Source: an uncultured delta proteobacterium
GTDB taxonomy: Bacteria; Myxococcota; Myxococcia; Myxococcales; Myxococcaceae
Assembly: GCA_963771175.1 (NCBI GenBank)
Contig: CAVYSY010000024.1
Span: 231,227-295,226 of the forward strand
Direction of reading: 5' to 3'
Length of the DNA stretch: 64,000 nt
Numbering within the stretch: position 1 is the first letter of the stretch; each line of letters opens with the position of its first letter. The notes below the pieces were generated by a model, which worked only from the letters and a program-made list of their open reading frames with translations, had not been told where the DNA came from and did no database searches. Made by a program: the position numbers and the translations under genes. Shown here in pieces: positions 23,241-36,174 of the stretch.

Positions 23241-26200
23241 ATGCTGAAGTCCAAAAAGAAGCTTTTCGAGGAGACCCGGAAGGGTTTGCAGGCGCTTCAG
23301 GAAGAGAAGGTCTACGACCAAGCCCTCGCAGAGAACCCCGAATCCTGGAACTTGCGTCTTCGAGCTGCAGAGCCTGCTCGCCCTGGGCCACAGGGAGGAA
23401 GCGCTCCCACTCTTCCAGCAGGCTCTGGCGCTCCATCCGGAGGCGGATGACAGCGCCGCAGCGGCAGCTGCCCGCCATGACCTAGCACATGCGCTCGCGG
23501 ATGAGCAGGAGAACGTCTTCGCGCTCAACACCGCCAGGCAACTCTACAGCCGTGCGCTGGAATCATCGGCCCGCCAACGCGCCCCGCTCCGCTCCGCGGA
23601 GACCGAAAGCTCTCTCGCCGTCTGCCTGCGCCGGATGGCTCACCTTGTCTCTCGGGAGGATCGCGCGCCGCTCTTCGAGGAGATCGAACGACGCTACAGA
23701 AGTGCCATATGGAGGCTGGAGGGCTGCGGTCAGCTGGGCCTTCAACAACTCTCCGAGGTCCACCTGAACCTCGCCAACTTCCTGGGAACCGAACGTGGGG
23801 AGGTTGAGCGTGCCATCCGCGAGTATGACCGAGCGGAGGAATGCGCCCGGCGTGCCAAAGAGTTCTTCGGTCCCTCCCGCAACTCCATTCCCCTGCGGGC
23901 CCGGCTCTCCTCCGCGAGCCTGCTGCGCGTGCGTGGACGAAAGCAAGACCTCAAGCAGGCCGAGCGATTGGCGAAGGAGGTCATCCAAGCGGGGGACCCG
24001 CAGTACCAGGGGCTCGCGCGCATGGAGTTCGCCGAGGTCATCCTCGCAGGGGATGCTCCCGACCGGGCGACCCGCGCCCGCGCTTTGCTGGAGCAGGTGC
24101 GATGGAACGTGCTGGACCAGTTCGAGCACCTGAGGCACTTGGCAGCCCTGCTCAGGCGTTCCGATGGACGTCAGGCCGCCATCGAGCTGCTGAGCGGATT
24201 CATCGAGAAGGCCATCCACCATCGGGCCCAGGCCACCATCTCCGACTTCGAGGCGGACGCGGCTTCGGTCGATCTGCAGGATGCCGCGGAGTTGGTGGCG
24301 CGCATCCTCGCGCAGGACCAACAGGATGCGCTGCACGCCTTTCTGGCACTCGAGAATACGAGTGGCTTCCGCTTCGCCGAGAACCTCTCCTCGTATGTGC
24401 GAAGGCCCGAGGAGCCGTTGGCCAAGGCTCTTTACGACGAGCTGAAGAAGCACATGGGACAGACGTACATGCTCGACACCTTCGCGCAGTCGATGAAGCG
24501 CCAGGCCCCCGATGAGCAGCGGGAGTACCTCGACAACATCATTCCCCAGTTGAAGCAGTCTGCCGAGGACAAGGACTCCGGCTTCATCCTGCCCAGCTGC
24601 ATCGCCGCCCGAAAGGCGCCCGTCCCCTCAGAATACTTCGACACGTTGGTCGAAAAGGGGCGCCAGCAAGTGCTCCGGCTGCGCTACTCGCTCGCCCGGG
24701 CGGACACGACCTTCGCGGAGGTCCAGCACATCCTCAACCAGAACCTTGGCTCCGAGGAGCTGACCGACGTGCTCCGCCAGCATCCAAGCCATGTCCTGGT
24801 ACGAATCTTCGTGCAAGAGCTGGAGCTGCTAGCCATCGCCGTGTGGCTCGAAGGTGGCGAGCTGAAGGCACGGAGCACCACCTGCCCCATTCGTCCGGAG
24901 GTCTTTAGCCTCCTCCGACAGGCTGCGGAGCACAGTACGACCTTCACGAAGTCCGAGCCCCTCTCCCAGATGCTGCGGGAGTTCGATTTCTCGGCGGCGT
25001 TACCCTCGGGGACATGGGCGCGTGCCGTCCTGCTGCCCTCGCACGTGTCGACGTTCCTCCCGCTTGCCGCACTGGGCCCCCCGGGCAACCGGCTCATCGA
25101 TCGGTTCGAGTCCATCATCTGGCTCCCCAGCCTCTTTCCGCTACGCACCCGCCCGGCCCCCACTCCCCCTCGAAAGGGAGAATGGGTGGTCATCCCCGGG
25201 GGGACGCACTTCCACCCTATCGCCTTCCAATCCCTGCGCCCCAATGAACGCTGCCTGCTGGGTGAGGAGGCAACGCTCGAGGCCATCCATGGCGCCGTCT
25301 CGGAGGCCCGTACCCTCAGCATCTACACCCACGGAGAGCACAATCCTGGAGAGTGGCCCCAGCTCCAGCTCCAGGGCGGGACGCTCGACTTCAGCAAGCT
25401 GGGGGCAGAGTCACTGCACGGCATGGAGCGGGTGGAGATCTGGGCGTGTCAGTCGGGTGCCAACCTTCCCCATCGATCCCCTGACACGGCCCGCGAACGA
25501 GGGCTACGGACTGGACCACATTCTGCTGACGAGCGGGGTTCGGACCGCCATCGGGACACAGTGGTCCGTGCCAGACCTGGTGACCGCGATCGTGGCACGG
25601 GAATACCGGCGGCGGCTCGCCGCGGGCGATGAGCCTGCTCGTGCCCTGACTGGCGCCCAGCGGCATTGGCTCGAGCAGAACCTGCCGCTGCTGCTCCAGT
25701 CCCTGCGGACGCTTCCCGTCAACGAGGCCATTGCCTCGTTCGCTGGAACCTTGGGTCTCCCCCCGGGGCAGGACATCTCGCGGCCCTGTGTTGGGAATGC
25801 TGGGTCCCGTCTCTGACCAGATGAGCGAGCAGGAGGTGAGCGAGTTGGAAGCGCGGCTGGCCTGCCCGGTCTCGTGGGCAGGGATCCGCTTCGTGGGCCT
25901 GCCGGAGTGGACGCCCGAGAAGGAATGGACACCGGTCTCCGACCGGGCGCTCACCGACGAGGAGCGGACACTGATGGAGCAACTCTTGGCCCAGGAGCCA
26001 CCGTCACCGGCCTGCTTCAATGAGTTGCAGGACCAATGGCTCGAACGCGAGGTTCCCTCCACTCCCGGTGAGTCTCCCTCACCCGAACGAGCCCTGGCCG
26101 TGGCGCGGTTGCTGCGCGATCGCCTGAACTCCTCTCAGTTCGACAATCTGCTCGCCGCGCTGGCCTGGGTCCACGAGGCGCTAGCGGTTCCAGGCATCTC

Positions 26201-28719
26201 GCCCCACGAGCGGGAGCAACTGTCCGTAGAGGCCGCGCATCTCTGGCTCGATGTCGCCCAGCGAGGAGATGTCCGGCCCATGCTCCCCCACACGGTGCCC
26301 TTGGCCCGGTCGGAGGGACTTCTGGCCAGCGTCTCTCCGGGCTCCGCGGACCTGTCCGCCGACGCTAAGGCGGCGCGAGCCCGGTTGAACTTCCTCCAGC
26401 ATGTGAACCGCAGGGAGAAGGAAGAGCCCGATGACGCTGGTTCAGGCCGCGATCGAGGAAGTCCTCCCGGCTTTGACCCAGGTCACCCCGGGTACATTCG
26501 AAGCCCTCCGAGTCGCAACGACCGCGGCCGAGCTGATCGCTCTGGGTTCCCCGAAGGTGCGTACGCGACACGCGAGCAGCATCGACGCGGTACGCAAGCT
26601 GGCCCCAGAGTCATTGCCTCACCGAGAGGCCTTGGCGGCCGTCTACCGCCTGCGAGGTGTGCTCGAGCGCCTTGGCTGTGAGCCGTTGACCGTCGGGGAA
26701 GCCATGGCTTTCCTGCCTCCGAGGGAGCTCGTGGCGGTCGTCAATCACAAGGCACATCAAGAAGGGGCGCGTCCGGGCGCGGGCATGCTGCCTCGGGCAT
26801 CCAACGGGGCACTCAACCGGATGGAGGGGGCCCTCTGGGGATACCCAAGCGATGATCGCTCTCACCTGGTGCGGATGACAGGCACGCTGGGACCGGCCTA
26901 CCGGTGGATGCTCAACGGGTACCTCGCGGGCCATGTCCGCGCCCAGCCAGAGGACGTGGTTCACCTCCTGGCCTGCTTGCAGTACTCCTGCGACCTGCGC
27001 CTGACCGTGCTCCATCGGCTCGCGCGGCTGCCAGAGGCGCTGAAGCAGGACACCCTCCCGCCTCTGATGAAGTACCTGTGGGAGCTGCTGAGGATGCGGC
27101 GCCTCCTCCACACCGCCCTGGCGGATGCGGCCCTGTTTCCTGGGGTGGACTCCGCCCGTCAGAAGCTACGTCCCCACCGCCTCGATCCTTACGCCCTGTC
27201 GTCCCAGGAGCTGACACAGGGGCTCCAGGGGCACACGGATCTGACGGCATGGAGCCTCGGCGAGGTGTGTGACACGCTCCGCAAGGAGGGCTCGCGATTG
27301 GCGCACACCGCTGCCTTCGAGGCCACCTGCCTCTCGGCCTGGATCGAGGCGGAGCATCGCCAAGAGCTGGGCGCGGCTCCTAGAGACTCGATGAGCAGGG
27401 CCGAAAGGTCATGGCGTCCAGGAGTTTCCCGGACTGACGAACGTCATCGAGCCGGGACGCGACCTGGACAAGAACGAGAAGACTCTCAGGGACATCGCCG
27501 ACGGAACGGTGTCCTCGGGCTGGTGGTCGAGCCCACGGGGGAATTGATGGTCATGGCGTGCTGGAACGATGGCCACATACGCGGCCAGCGGACCTTCCGG
27601 TTGGAGACAGGCCTGGTCCAGGGCGGGCTCATGGGGGCGCTGCACCTGTGCGACGAGGACTTCGCCTCCCGCCGGGGCTCCTCCTCGGCCATGCGCCGGA
27701 ACGCCTGGAGCATGGTGGAGACACAGTTGGCGCCGGTGCTTGAGTCGCTGCTCCGCGTGGCACAGGTCCGAAAGCCCCTGCGCTGGAGTGTCCTGGCTCC
27801 GGGGGCCCTGCGCGAGCTGCCGCTACTCGGCTTGAGGGTCGAGGGGAAGCTCCTCGCGCACCAGGTCGAAGCGCTCGTCCACATGCCCTCGATTCGCTTC
27901 TCCCTCCCGCCGATGGAAACCGAGGCCCAGGACTTCACGGCCTGCCTGCTTGCTCGAGACCGGGAGAAAGGCACCACGTGGTTTGGCGAGGCGGCGGTGG
28001 AGACGCTGCGGCGCATTCAGCCTCCACACCTGGTGGCCGACCCCCAGGAGACTCAGCGGCAGTCACGTGGTGGAGGTGGGAACCCTGGAATCCCATGCCT
28101 CACGAATTCGCACCCTGCGGCTCTATGGCGTCGGCAAGGCGGCCTCGCTCAACGACACCCTGGCGCTTCTGCAATTGGAGGGAAGAAGAGTACTCCGCGA
28201 CCGGAATACCCACGGGATGATCATGCCTCGCTGCAGGGTGGTTGAACTCTGGGCGTGCACTGCCGGGAGCGCGGGATCGCTGAACTCCCTGCGCAATGAG
28301 GCAGACCGCATCCCCGGGCTCGCCGCGAGCTTCCTCGCCAATGGCGCGTTGGCGGTCATCGACCTGGCATGGCCGGTCCACGATATCGTCAAGGCCCTTG
28401 TGTGCGAGCAGTACGGGCTGATGCGACGGCGAATTGGCCACCGCCCCGAGGCGCTGAAACAAGCGCTCTGCATGACGGACGCAGCCCTGCAGGAGCTTCG
28501 GCGTCAGGCGGGACAGCGGACAGTGCGCCAAGTGCTCGAGCAGCTTGATCACCTGCGGCGATCCGCAGCGGCGATCGTGTTCCACATCGACCCAGGCCAG
28601 CTCGTACCGTTCGCCGATGGAGCGGACTCTCCCCTGGTGGGGAACTGTCCGGGGAGCAACTGGTGGAAGAGCTGTGCCAGCCGGTACATCTCGCGGCTTT
28701 CCGTTGGTGGGGGGTGTAG
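23241..28719 (+). CDS. Giant TPR + tandem CHAT (caspase-like) protease, about 1800 aa if one gene; frameshifted, possibly two genes split near 26431
   Basis: RBS AGGAG; TPR-like LLALGHREEALPLFQQALALHPE; CHAT1: FLPLAAL..RLIDRF..WLPS, YTHG, EIWACQSG, TQWSVPD, PVSWAGIRFVG; CHAT2: PGALRELPLLGL, ELWACTAG, LAWPVHD, PVHLAAFRWWGV-stop. Confidence 0.8.
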
Positions 28720-28722
28720 CGC

Positions 28723-29729
28723 ATGGGCAAGCTGGATACGCCCATCACCGATTGGTCCCAGGCAGGACGTGCCTCGCTTGTGCAGGAGCACCGTGAAGCT
28801 CCTCGGGCTCCTGCTCCGCCATAGCCTCGCACAGGTGGCAAAGCCCTACGGCGAGCAGAACCTGCTCGACGCGTTCCGGTTCGAAACCCTTGATGACGCC
28901 GTTGACTGGTGCCTCGAACGGTTCGCCACCGGCACGCTGGCTCCAAGACAGCTCAGTCCGTCTTCACGCAGCTGGCGACTCTTCACCCAGGCGAGTTTCT
29001 GGCTCTCCCAGCGGGAGGGGACCGCGGGCTTCCGGCGGAAGATGCAGGAGTTGGAGGCGGCATGCCGACGGGACTCGGCGCGCGCCGAGTCCCCTGAGCC
29101 CGGGGAAGAGCCCGTTCCCGACTTGGATGTGCAACGGCTGAAGGAGAGGCTCGCTCGCACCTTGTCAGAGCTGCGCGACTCGCACCTGTCCGGATCTCGT
29201 CACCTGGTGGCTCCGGGCCACGGAGGCACTGCGCTCCCAATGGTTCGAGTTGCCAGTCCCGAGCTTGCCCACGAATCCCGGACGAAGAAGGATCGAAGTG
29301 TGCGCGCGCATGATGCGCTGTTCCGCTTCGCGTGCCTCTTCCGCAAGCTGATTCTCCACGAGAAGGACACCGCCCCCTCACAGCTCGCGGTAAGTGAGTG
29401 GCTGTTCAGTCCATGCCGGAACGCGCCTCCCTACCGGCGAACGGAGGAGGAGATCGCAGCGGCACTGCCTCTGAAGGTTCCCAAGGAAAAAAGAGCGATC
29501 CAACGCCTGCGGCGTGAGGGGGTGAGTCGCGCTCATCCACCAGTTGATCAGCGCCCTCGACTTGCCGACGGACACAGTGGAGGCGGTTGCACTCATGGAG
29601 TGGCAGCTCATGCGCGTGTCCGTGACCAGGACCACCCTCACTGCATTTGCCCTGGATGAAGGGGCAAGCCCTGAACTGGAACGCCGCATCGAAGCGCTTC
29701 CATCCATCGCAAGTATGAGGCGCCCATGA
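28723..29729 (+). CDS. Putative divergent ECF-sigma-like / HTH DNA-binding protein (frameshifted)
   Basis: Starts 3 bp after the CHAT stop; region-2-like LDDAVDWCLERF...RSWRLF...FWLSQR; region-4-like EEEIAAAL...AIQRLRREG; function inferred. Confidence 0.5.
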
Positions 29730-30335
29730 GCCGCAAGCCCGTAGACTTCGTGACGCTCGATGCACTCGTCCAAGGCGAGGATGATCCGGAAACCCCCGAG
29801 GCATGGCGGGCCCTGCTCACAACGCCGGACGCGGCGGCTCGGTGGGCCCAGGCCGTTACGCGGCGCGCGACCATCGACCGGTTCGCCATGGAAGTACTCA
29901 ACCATCCCTGGCTCGCGTCAGCCTTGAGCAGGCTCCGGCGCAAGACACGCTCCCCCTCGGATGTGGCGCTGAGAGTCCATTTAGAGCCCCCCCCACTCAC
30001 AGCGATCCTGGGACCCACCTCCAGGGCTCCTGAGTTGCTGACCGCCCCTGCCTGGGGCGACATCGAGTCGATCTCCGTCAAGGTGGGGCTCACCCTCGAA
30101 ATACACCCCTCCCAAGTCCCCGGCGAGAATGTTCGGGTGTTCTATCAGTCGAGAACCTCCCAGGGTTGGATGCCCGGGTAGACGCTGGAAGTTGGAGCCA
30201 GGTGAAAGCCCAGTGCTCTTGATGGCGGTGGAGGGAGCAGACACGGCCGACACGCTGGACTCGGCTCTGTCGAAATCCCCCCGTTCCGCAGGGGTTGTCC
30301 TCTTCGAACTCGCAGAAGAAGCGCCAGAGGATTGA
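29726..30335 (+). CDS. Putative anti-sigma-like protein / protease substrate (frameshift near 30178)
   Basis: ATGA overlap with upstream gene; N-terminus TLDALVQGEDDPE..WRALLTTP resembles an anti-sigma helical domain lacking Zn ligands; beta-rich C-terminus. Confidence 0.5.
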
Positions 30336-30612
30336 GCCGCAGGCTCAGGCCACATAGCAAATGGTCCTGTGATCCGCGGGTCGCTTCCGCGTTATGCCAG
30401 GGCCTTCTGATTACGAATCGGGGCTGGGCAGGGGCAGCCCAGGGCTCTTCCCTCTGAAGGTGGCCCGTTCTGGCCGCCTCTGGCACGTCCCAAGTGGGGG
30501 GGAACCGTGGGTTCCCCACCCCACCACGCCTGCGGACTGGCAGGAGGGTCGCTCCAGCGAGTGCACCTCGCCCACCAAGGAGTACATCCCGGCGACCAAG
30601 TTCTGCGGCAGG

Positions 30613-32100
30613 TGTTACCGAGCACGCCGGATGAGGGAGAAGTGGGCCCGGGTGAGCAGACAGAATGATGGAGAGGCCCCCGGGCATGGCCAGGATTCCA
30701 TCAGCAAGCGTGGCGAGGGAGGAGAGAGCCCCAGGGTTGTCCGTGCCTGTCCGCCCCTGTCGGTCCGTGTCAACGCCCAGGAGCACGGGTAGAGCGGGTG
30801 CGCGAGGAGGGCGGAGCAGCATGGCAACGAGCAGGGGCAGGCCCGCGGTGGACAAGGCCCACAGCCCCTGGGCTCCGCGACAAGGCGAACATGGAGCAGA
30901 AGGCAGAAACCGGGGGAGTCCTCCGCATGAGAGGGCGGAGCGATGTGTCGCCGCCCACCACCGATGAGGCCCGTCCGCGCACGTGTCCGCGGTGCGGCCA
31001 GCCGGCCTACGAGGGGGGCGAGGTGTGGATACACGGGCATGGAGTGATACAGCGGCGGCAGCGAGGGCCCGAGGCTCCCAGCAAGGTGGCGGTGAAACGG
31101 GAGGTGGCCTGTCGTCGCTACCGCTGCAAGGCGTGTACGGACCGTGCTGCCGGCGTCCGCACTGGCCAGCAAGCACTTCTCGGGAGCGGCCATGGCGCTG
31201 GCGCTCTGGAGGGCTATGCGGCTGGAGCGCGGCCCAGGTACGAGTCGTGGTGGGTGGACGGATGCTATCGGGTGGAAGGCCCCGGGGATGGCGGACGGTG
31301 GCGCGCTGGGCCCGGCAGGTGGCAGACGGGACGTTGTGGGCGTCGTTGGAGTCGCGGGCCAAGCGTGCACCCAGGCAGGTGGCGGCACGTGCCACACAGG
31401 CCTTGTGTGGCTGGGCACCGCCCTGGGCACGGACAGCCGGGCGACCCCACCAAGCGTTCGCCGGAGCCTGCCATGTGAATTGATGGGCACCCAAGCGCCA
31501 GTAGCGGCCTGCAACCGCCCACCGGGTTGGGGCTGCGCATATGGCGCTCGAATCCGGCCTGCCGACGCATGCCCGCGCTCCTCAGCCCGCGTCGGGCAGC
31601 GAGGCTGGAAGGGACAGGTCTGCCCCGCGACTGGCTTCGCCGCGGATTCCGGCCAGCTCGGGCACTCGCCGCAGCGGATGCGTGCACCGCTGGCCTCCAT
31701 TTCCACCCCTCCGCTCCGTTGGCCTCCACCGAAGTTTCTGGAAGGCCGCTCCCCCGTCGTGGAGCAGACTTGTAGGTCAATGAACCCCCCTGGTCCCGTG
31801 CCGGTGCTCGACCACCCCGGAATCGGTGCTCGACCCGTCCCGGTGCACGCATCCGCTGCCGCGCACGCTCGGGACAGCGTCCACTCCGGATGGTCTGGAT
31901 GGACTCCGCGAGCGGCGCCCGACTCCCGTCACCGTAGCTCCCGTGCCATCCCCCAGGAGAGTCGGCCGCCCCCCCCCTGGCATCCCATGGGCCACCCCTC
32001 CCCGGACCCCTCCCCATCTCCCAGTGTGGCGCTGGCACCACCTGCGAAAGGCCATCAGCAAGCGTGCTCACATCCCCATCAACAAGCCTGCGCGGTAACA
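30613..32100. mobile_element. Non-autonomous TGT...ACA transposon (DUF6431/Mu-like ends)
   Basis: Terminal IRs TGTTACCG, 28/38 identical by manual alignment; subterminal repeats CCATCAGCAAGCGTG at 30698 and 32052, variant at 32076. Confidence 0.8.
30891..31483 (+). pseudogene. DUF6431-like zinc-ribbon/HTH transposon protein (frameshifted)
   Basis: CPRCG...HGHG...RRYRCKAC..TVLP...HFS..AMALAL...WRTVARW pattern across frames. Confidence 0.6.
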
Positions 32101-32276
32101 ACCTTCGCCAGCCACCTCGCCATGCGCGGGGTGCCGCTCAAGGCCGTCCAGGAGCTGATGGGGCACGCCACCATCGACATGACGATGCGCTATGCGCACC
32201 TCAGCCCGAACGTGAAGAAGGACGCGGTGCGGGCCCTGGACGTCGTGCGCCCGAGGGGCACATTGGGGGCACATAG
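32101..32276 (+). pseudogene. C-terminal remnant of a tyrosine recombinase (island integrase)
   Basis: TFASHLAMRGVPLKAVQELMGHATIDMTMRYAHLS with catalytic His and Tyr; begins exactly at the transposon right end. Confidence 0.9.
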
Positions 32277-32301
32277 ACCAGGAGGGCGTCGCCCAGAAAT
32301 G

Positions 32302-32338
32302 AAAAAGCCCCCAAGTCTCAAGGACTTGGAGGCTCTTT
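32302..32338 (-). terminator. Intrinsic terminator downstream of tRNA-Leu
   Basis: AAAAAGCCcCCAAGTC-loop-GACTTGGaGGCTcTTT. Confidence 0.7.
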
Positions 32339-32367
32339 CGGGTTGCCCAGGGCGGGATTCGAACCCG
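32328..32367 (-). repeat. att direct repeat, tRNA-proximal copy
   Basis: Identical to 22897-22936. Confidence 0.95.
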
Positions 32368-32425
32368 CACACCTTTCGGCGCCACCCCCTCAAGATGGTG
32401 TGTCTACCAGTTCCACCACCTGGGC
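32344..32425 (-). tRNA. tRNA-Leu (anticodon GAG), CCA not encoded
   Basis: GCCCAGG acceptor, D-loop GGAACTGGTAGAC, anticodon arm CCATC-TTGAGGG-GGTGG, long variable arm, GGTTCGAATCC; follows secG as leuU does in other bacteria. Confidence 0.96.
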
Positions 32426-32559
32426 GATTCCGCTGCGGTTTCGACTGCCTTCTCCGCACCGGCGACGACGGGGCCTCTAGTACCACGAACCGCGCCGTCT
32501 TCAACAACGATTTTTAACTCTTTCGCCACCCGATTCCTTCCGCCGGGTGGCTCACCCGC

Positions 32560-33021
32560 CTACTGGCCGGGCGCCGGAGCGGGAGCCGGGGTCTCGGCCG
32601 GCCGCGGCTGCTCCAGGCTGCTCGGAACGCCCGGAGCCGTCTGCTGCTGTGCGGGAGCCGGGGGCGTCGGGGGAGCCGCCTCCTGCGGGTTCGCCGCGGG
32701 CACCTGGCCCGCCGGAGGAGCGCCCGTGCCCGTCTGCGCCGGAGCCTCCTGCTGCGCCGCCGGCTTCGACACCGCGCCCGCCGCCACCGAGGTGCGCATC
32801 CCCACGAAGGAGAGGCCCAGCGACGTCAGGAAGAACAGCGCCGCGCACACGCCCGTCACCTTGGTGAGGAAGGTCGTCGCACCGCGCCCACCGAAGGCGC
32901 TCGTCGCGGCACCGCCACCCAGGGCCGAACCCATGCCGGCGTCCTTCCCGGGCTGCAAAAGGATGACGAAGATCATGAACACGCACAGGAGGACGTGCAC
33001 GATCGTCACGAAGGTCAACAT
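32560..33021 (-). CDS. secG: Preprotein translocase subunit SecG
   Basis: ILLQPGKDAGMGSALGGG..AFGGRG..FLTKVT; downstream of tpiA. Confidence 0.95.
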   Translation of the reverse strand: MLTFVTIVHVLLCVFMIFVILLQPGKDAGMGSALGGGAATSAFGGRGATTFLTKVTGVCAALFFLTSLGLSFVGMRTSVAAGAVSKPAAQQEAPAQTGTGAPPAGQVPAANPQEAAPPTPPAPAQQQTAPGVPSSLEQPRPAETPAPAPAPGQ

Positions 33022-33104
33022 GCTTTAAGCTCTTCTTTCCGGTCCTGGATGAAAGGCCGCGCAGCCTAACCGAACGGCCCCGACAGTGACAATCTTCCTG
33101 AAGA

Positions 33105-33878
33105 TCAGATCCCGCCCTTCAGGATCCCCGCGAAATCCGCCGCCTTGAGGCTCGCCCCGCCCACCAGGGCCCCGTCCACGTCCGGCTGCCCCAGCAATTC
33201 GGCCGCGTTGTCCGGCTTCACGCTGCCGCCGTACTGGATGCGCACCTGCTCCGCCGTCCCCCGGTCGTAGAGCCGACCAAGCTGCTCGCGGATGGCCCGG
33301 TGGACCTCCTGGGCCTGGGCGCTGGTGGCCGTCCGGCCCGTCCCGATCGCCCACACCGGCTCATAGGCCAGGACGAAGCCCGCCACCTCGGCCGCCTGGA
33401 AGCCCTTCAGCGCCCCCGCCACCTGCCGCTCCACCACCTCCAGGGTGCGGTTGGCCTCGCGCTCGGCGAGCGTCTCGCCCACGCAGATGATGGGCTTCAT
33501 CCCCGCGCCGAGCACCGCCCGGGTGCGCTTGTTCACCGTCTCGTCCGTCTCGCCGAAGTACTGCCGGCGCTCGGAGTGGCCCACGATGACGTAGGCGCAC
33601 CCCACGTCCTTCAGCATCGGCGCGGACACCTCGCCGGTGTACGCCCCGCTGGCCTCCCAGTGGCAGTTCTGGGCGGCCAGCTTCACGGACGAGCCCTCCA
33701 GCTCCTTCGCCACCGCCTGCAGCGAGACGAAGGGCGGCGCCACGGCGATCTCCACCCGGTCGCCCGGAATGGAGGCCACCAGTCCCTTCAGCTCTCGCAC
33801 CAGCGCGAGCGCCTCGGAGACGGTCTTGTTCATCTTCCAGTTGCCGGCGATCACCTTCCGACGCGCCTGTGCCGCCAT
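33105..33878 (-). CDS. tpiA: Triosephosphate isomerase
   Basis: [36 protein letters not shown]. Confidence 0.98.
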   Translation of the reverse strand: MAAQARRKVIAGNWKMNKTVSEALALVRELKGLVASIPGDRVEIAVAPPFVSLQAVAKELEGSSVKLAAQNCHWEASGAYTGEVSAPMLKDVGCAYVIVGHSERRQYFGETDETVNKRTRAVLGAGMKPIICVGETLAEREANRTLEVVERQVAGALKGFQAAEVAGFVLAYEPVWAIGTGRTATSAQAQEVHRAIREQLGRLYDRGTAEQVRIQYGGSVKPDNAAELLGQPDVDGALVGGASLKAADFAGILKGGI

Positions 33879-33921
33879 GAGGACTCCCTCCCGTGGTGTC
33901 GAGTGCGGTGGACTGCTTGGA

Positions 33922-35124
<1,203 letters not shown>

Positions 35125-35151
35125 ACTCGGAACGCCCGTTGGACTACCTGA

Positions 35152-36174
<1,023 letters not shown>

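Larger units (their letters stand above)
22897..32367. mobile_element. Genomic island integrated at the tRNA-Leu(GAG) 3' end
   Basis: 40-bp direct repeats, tyrosine-integrase remnant next to the tRNA, atypical codon usage of cargo. Confidence 0.9.

Noticed and set aside
27950..29659. 569-aa ORF as a CHAT-sigma fusion
   Set aside because: Frameshifts join the frames; the CHAT terminal motif HLAAFRWWGV ends at a TAG (28719) followed by a new ATG at 28723
30394..30612. Short ORF left of the transposon as a fourth system gene or integrase N-terminus
   Set aside because: No recognisable motif and interrupted by the transposon; cannot be supported
22900..32400. Type III-E CRISPR (Craspase) locus
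   Set aside because: No cas7-11 or other cas gene and no repeat-spacer array visible in the window
31144..32517. 457-aa ORF as a full-length integrase
   Set aside because: Chimeric read-through across transposon DNA; only about 55 codons resemble an integrase
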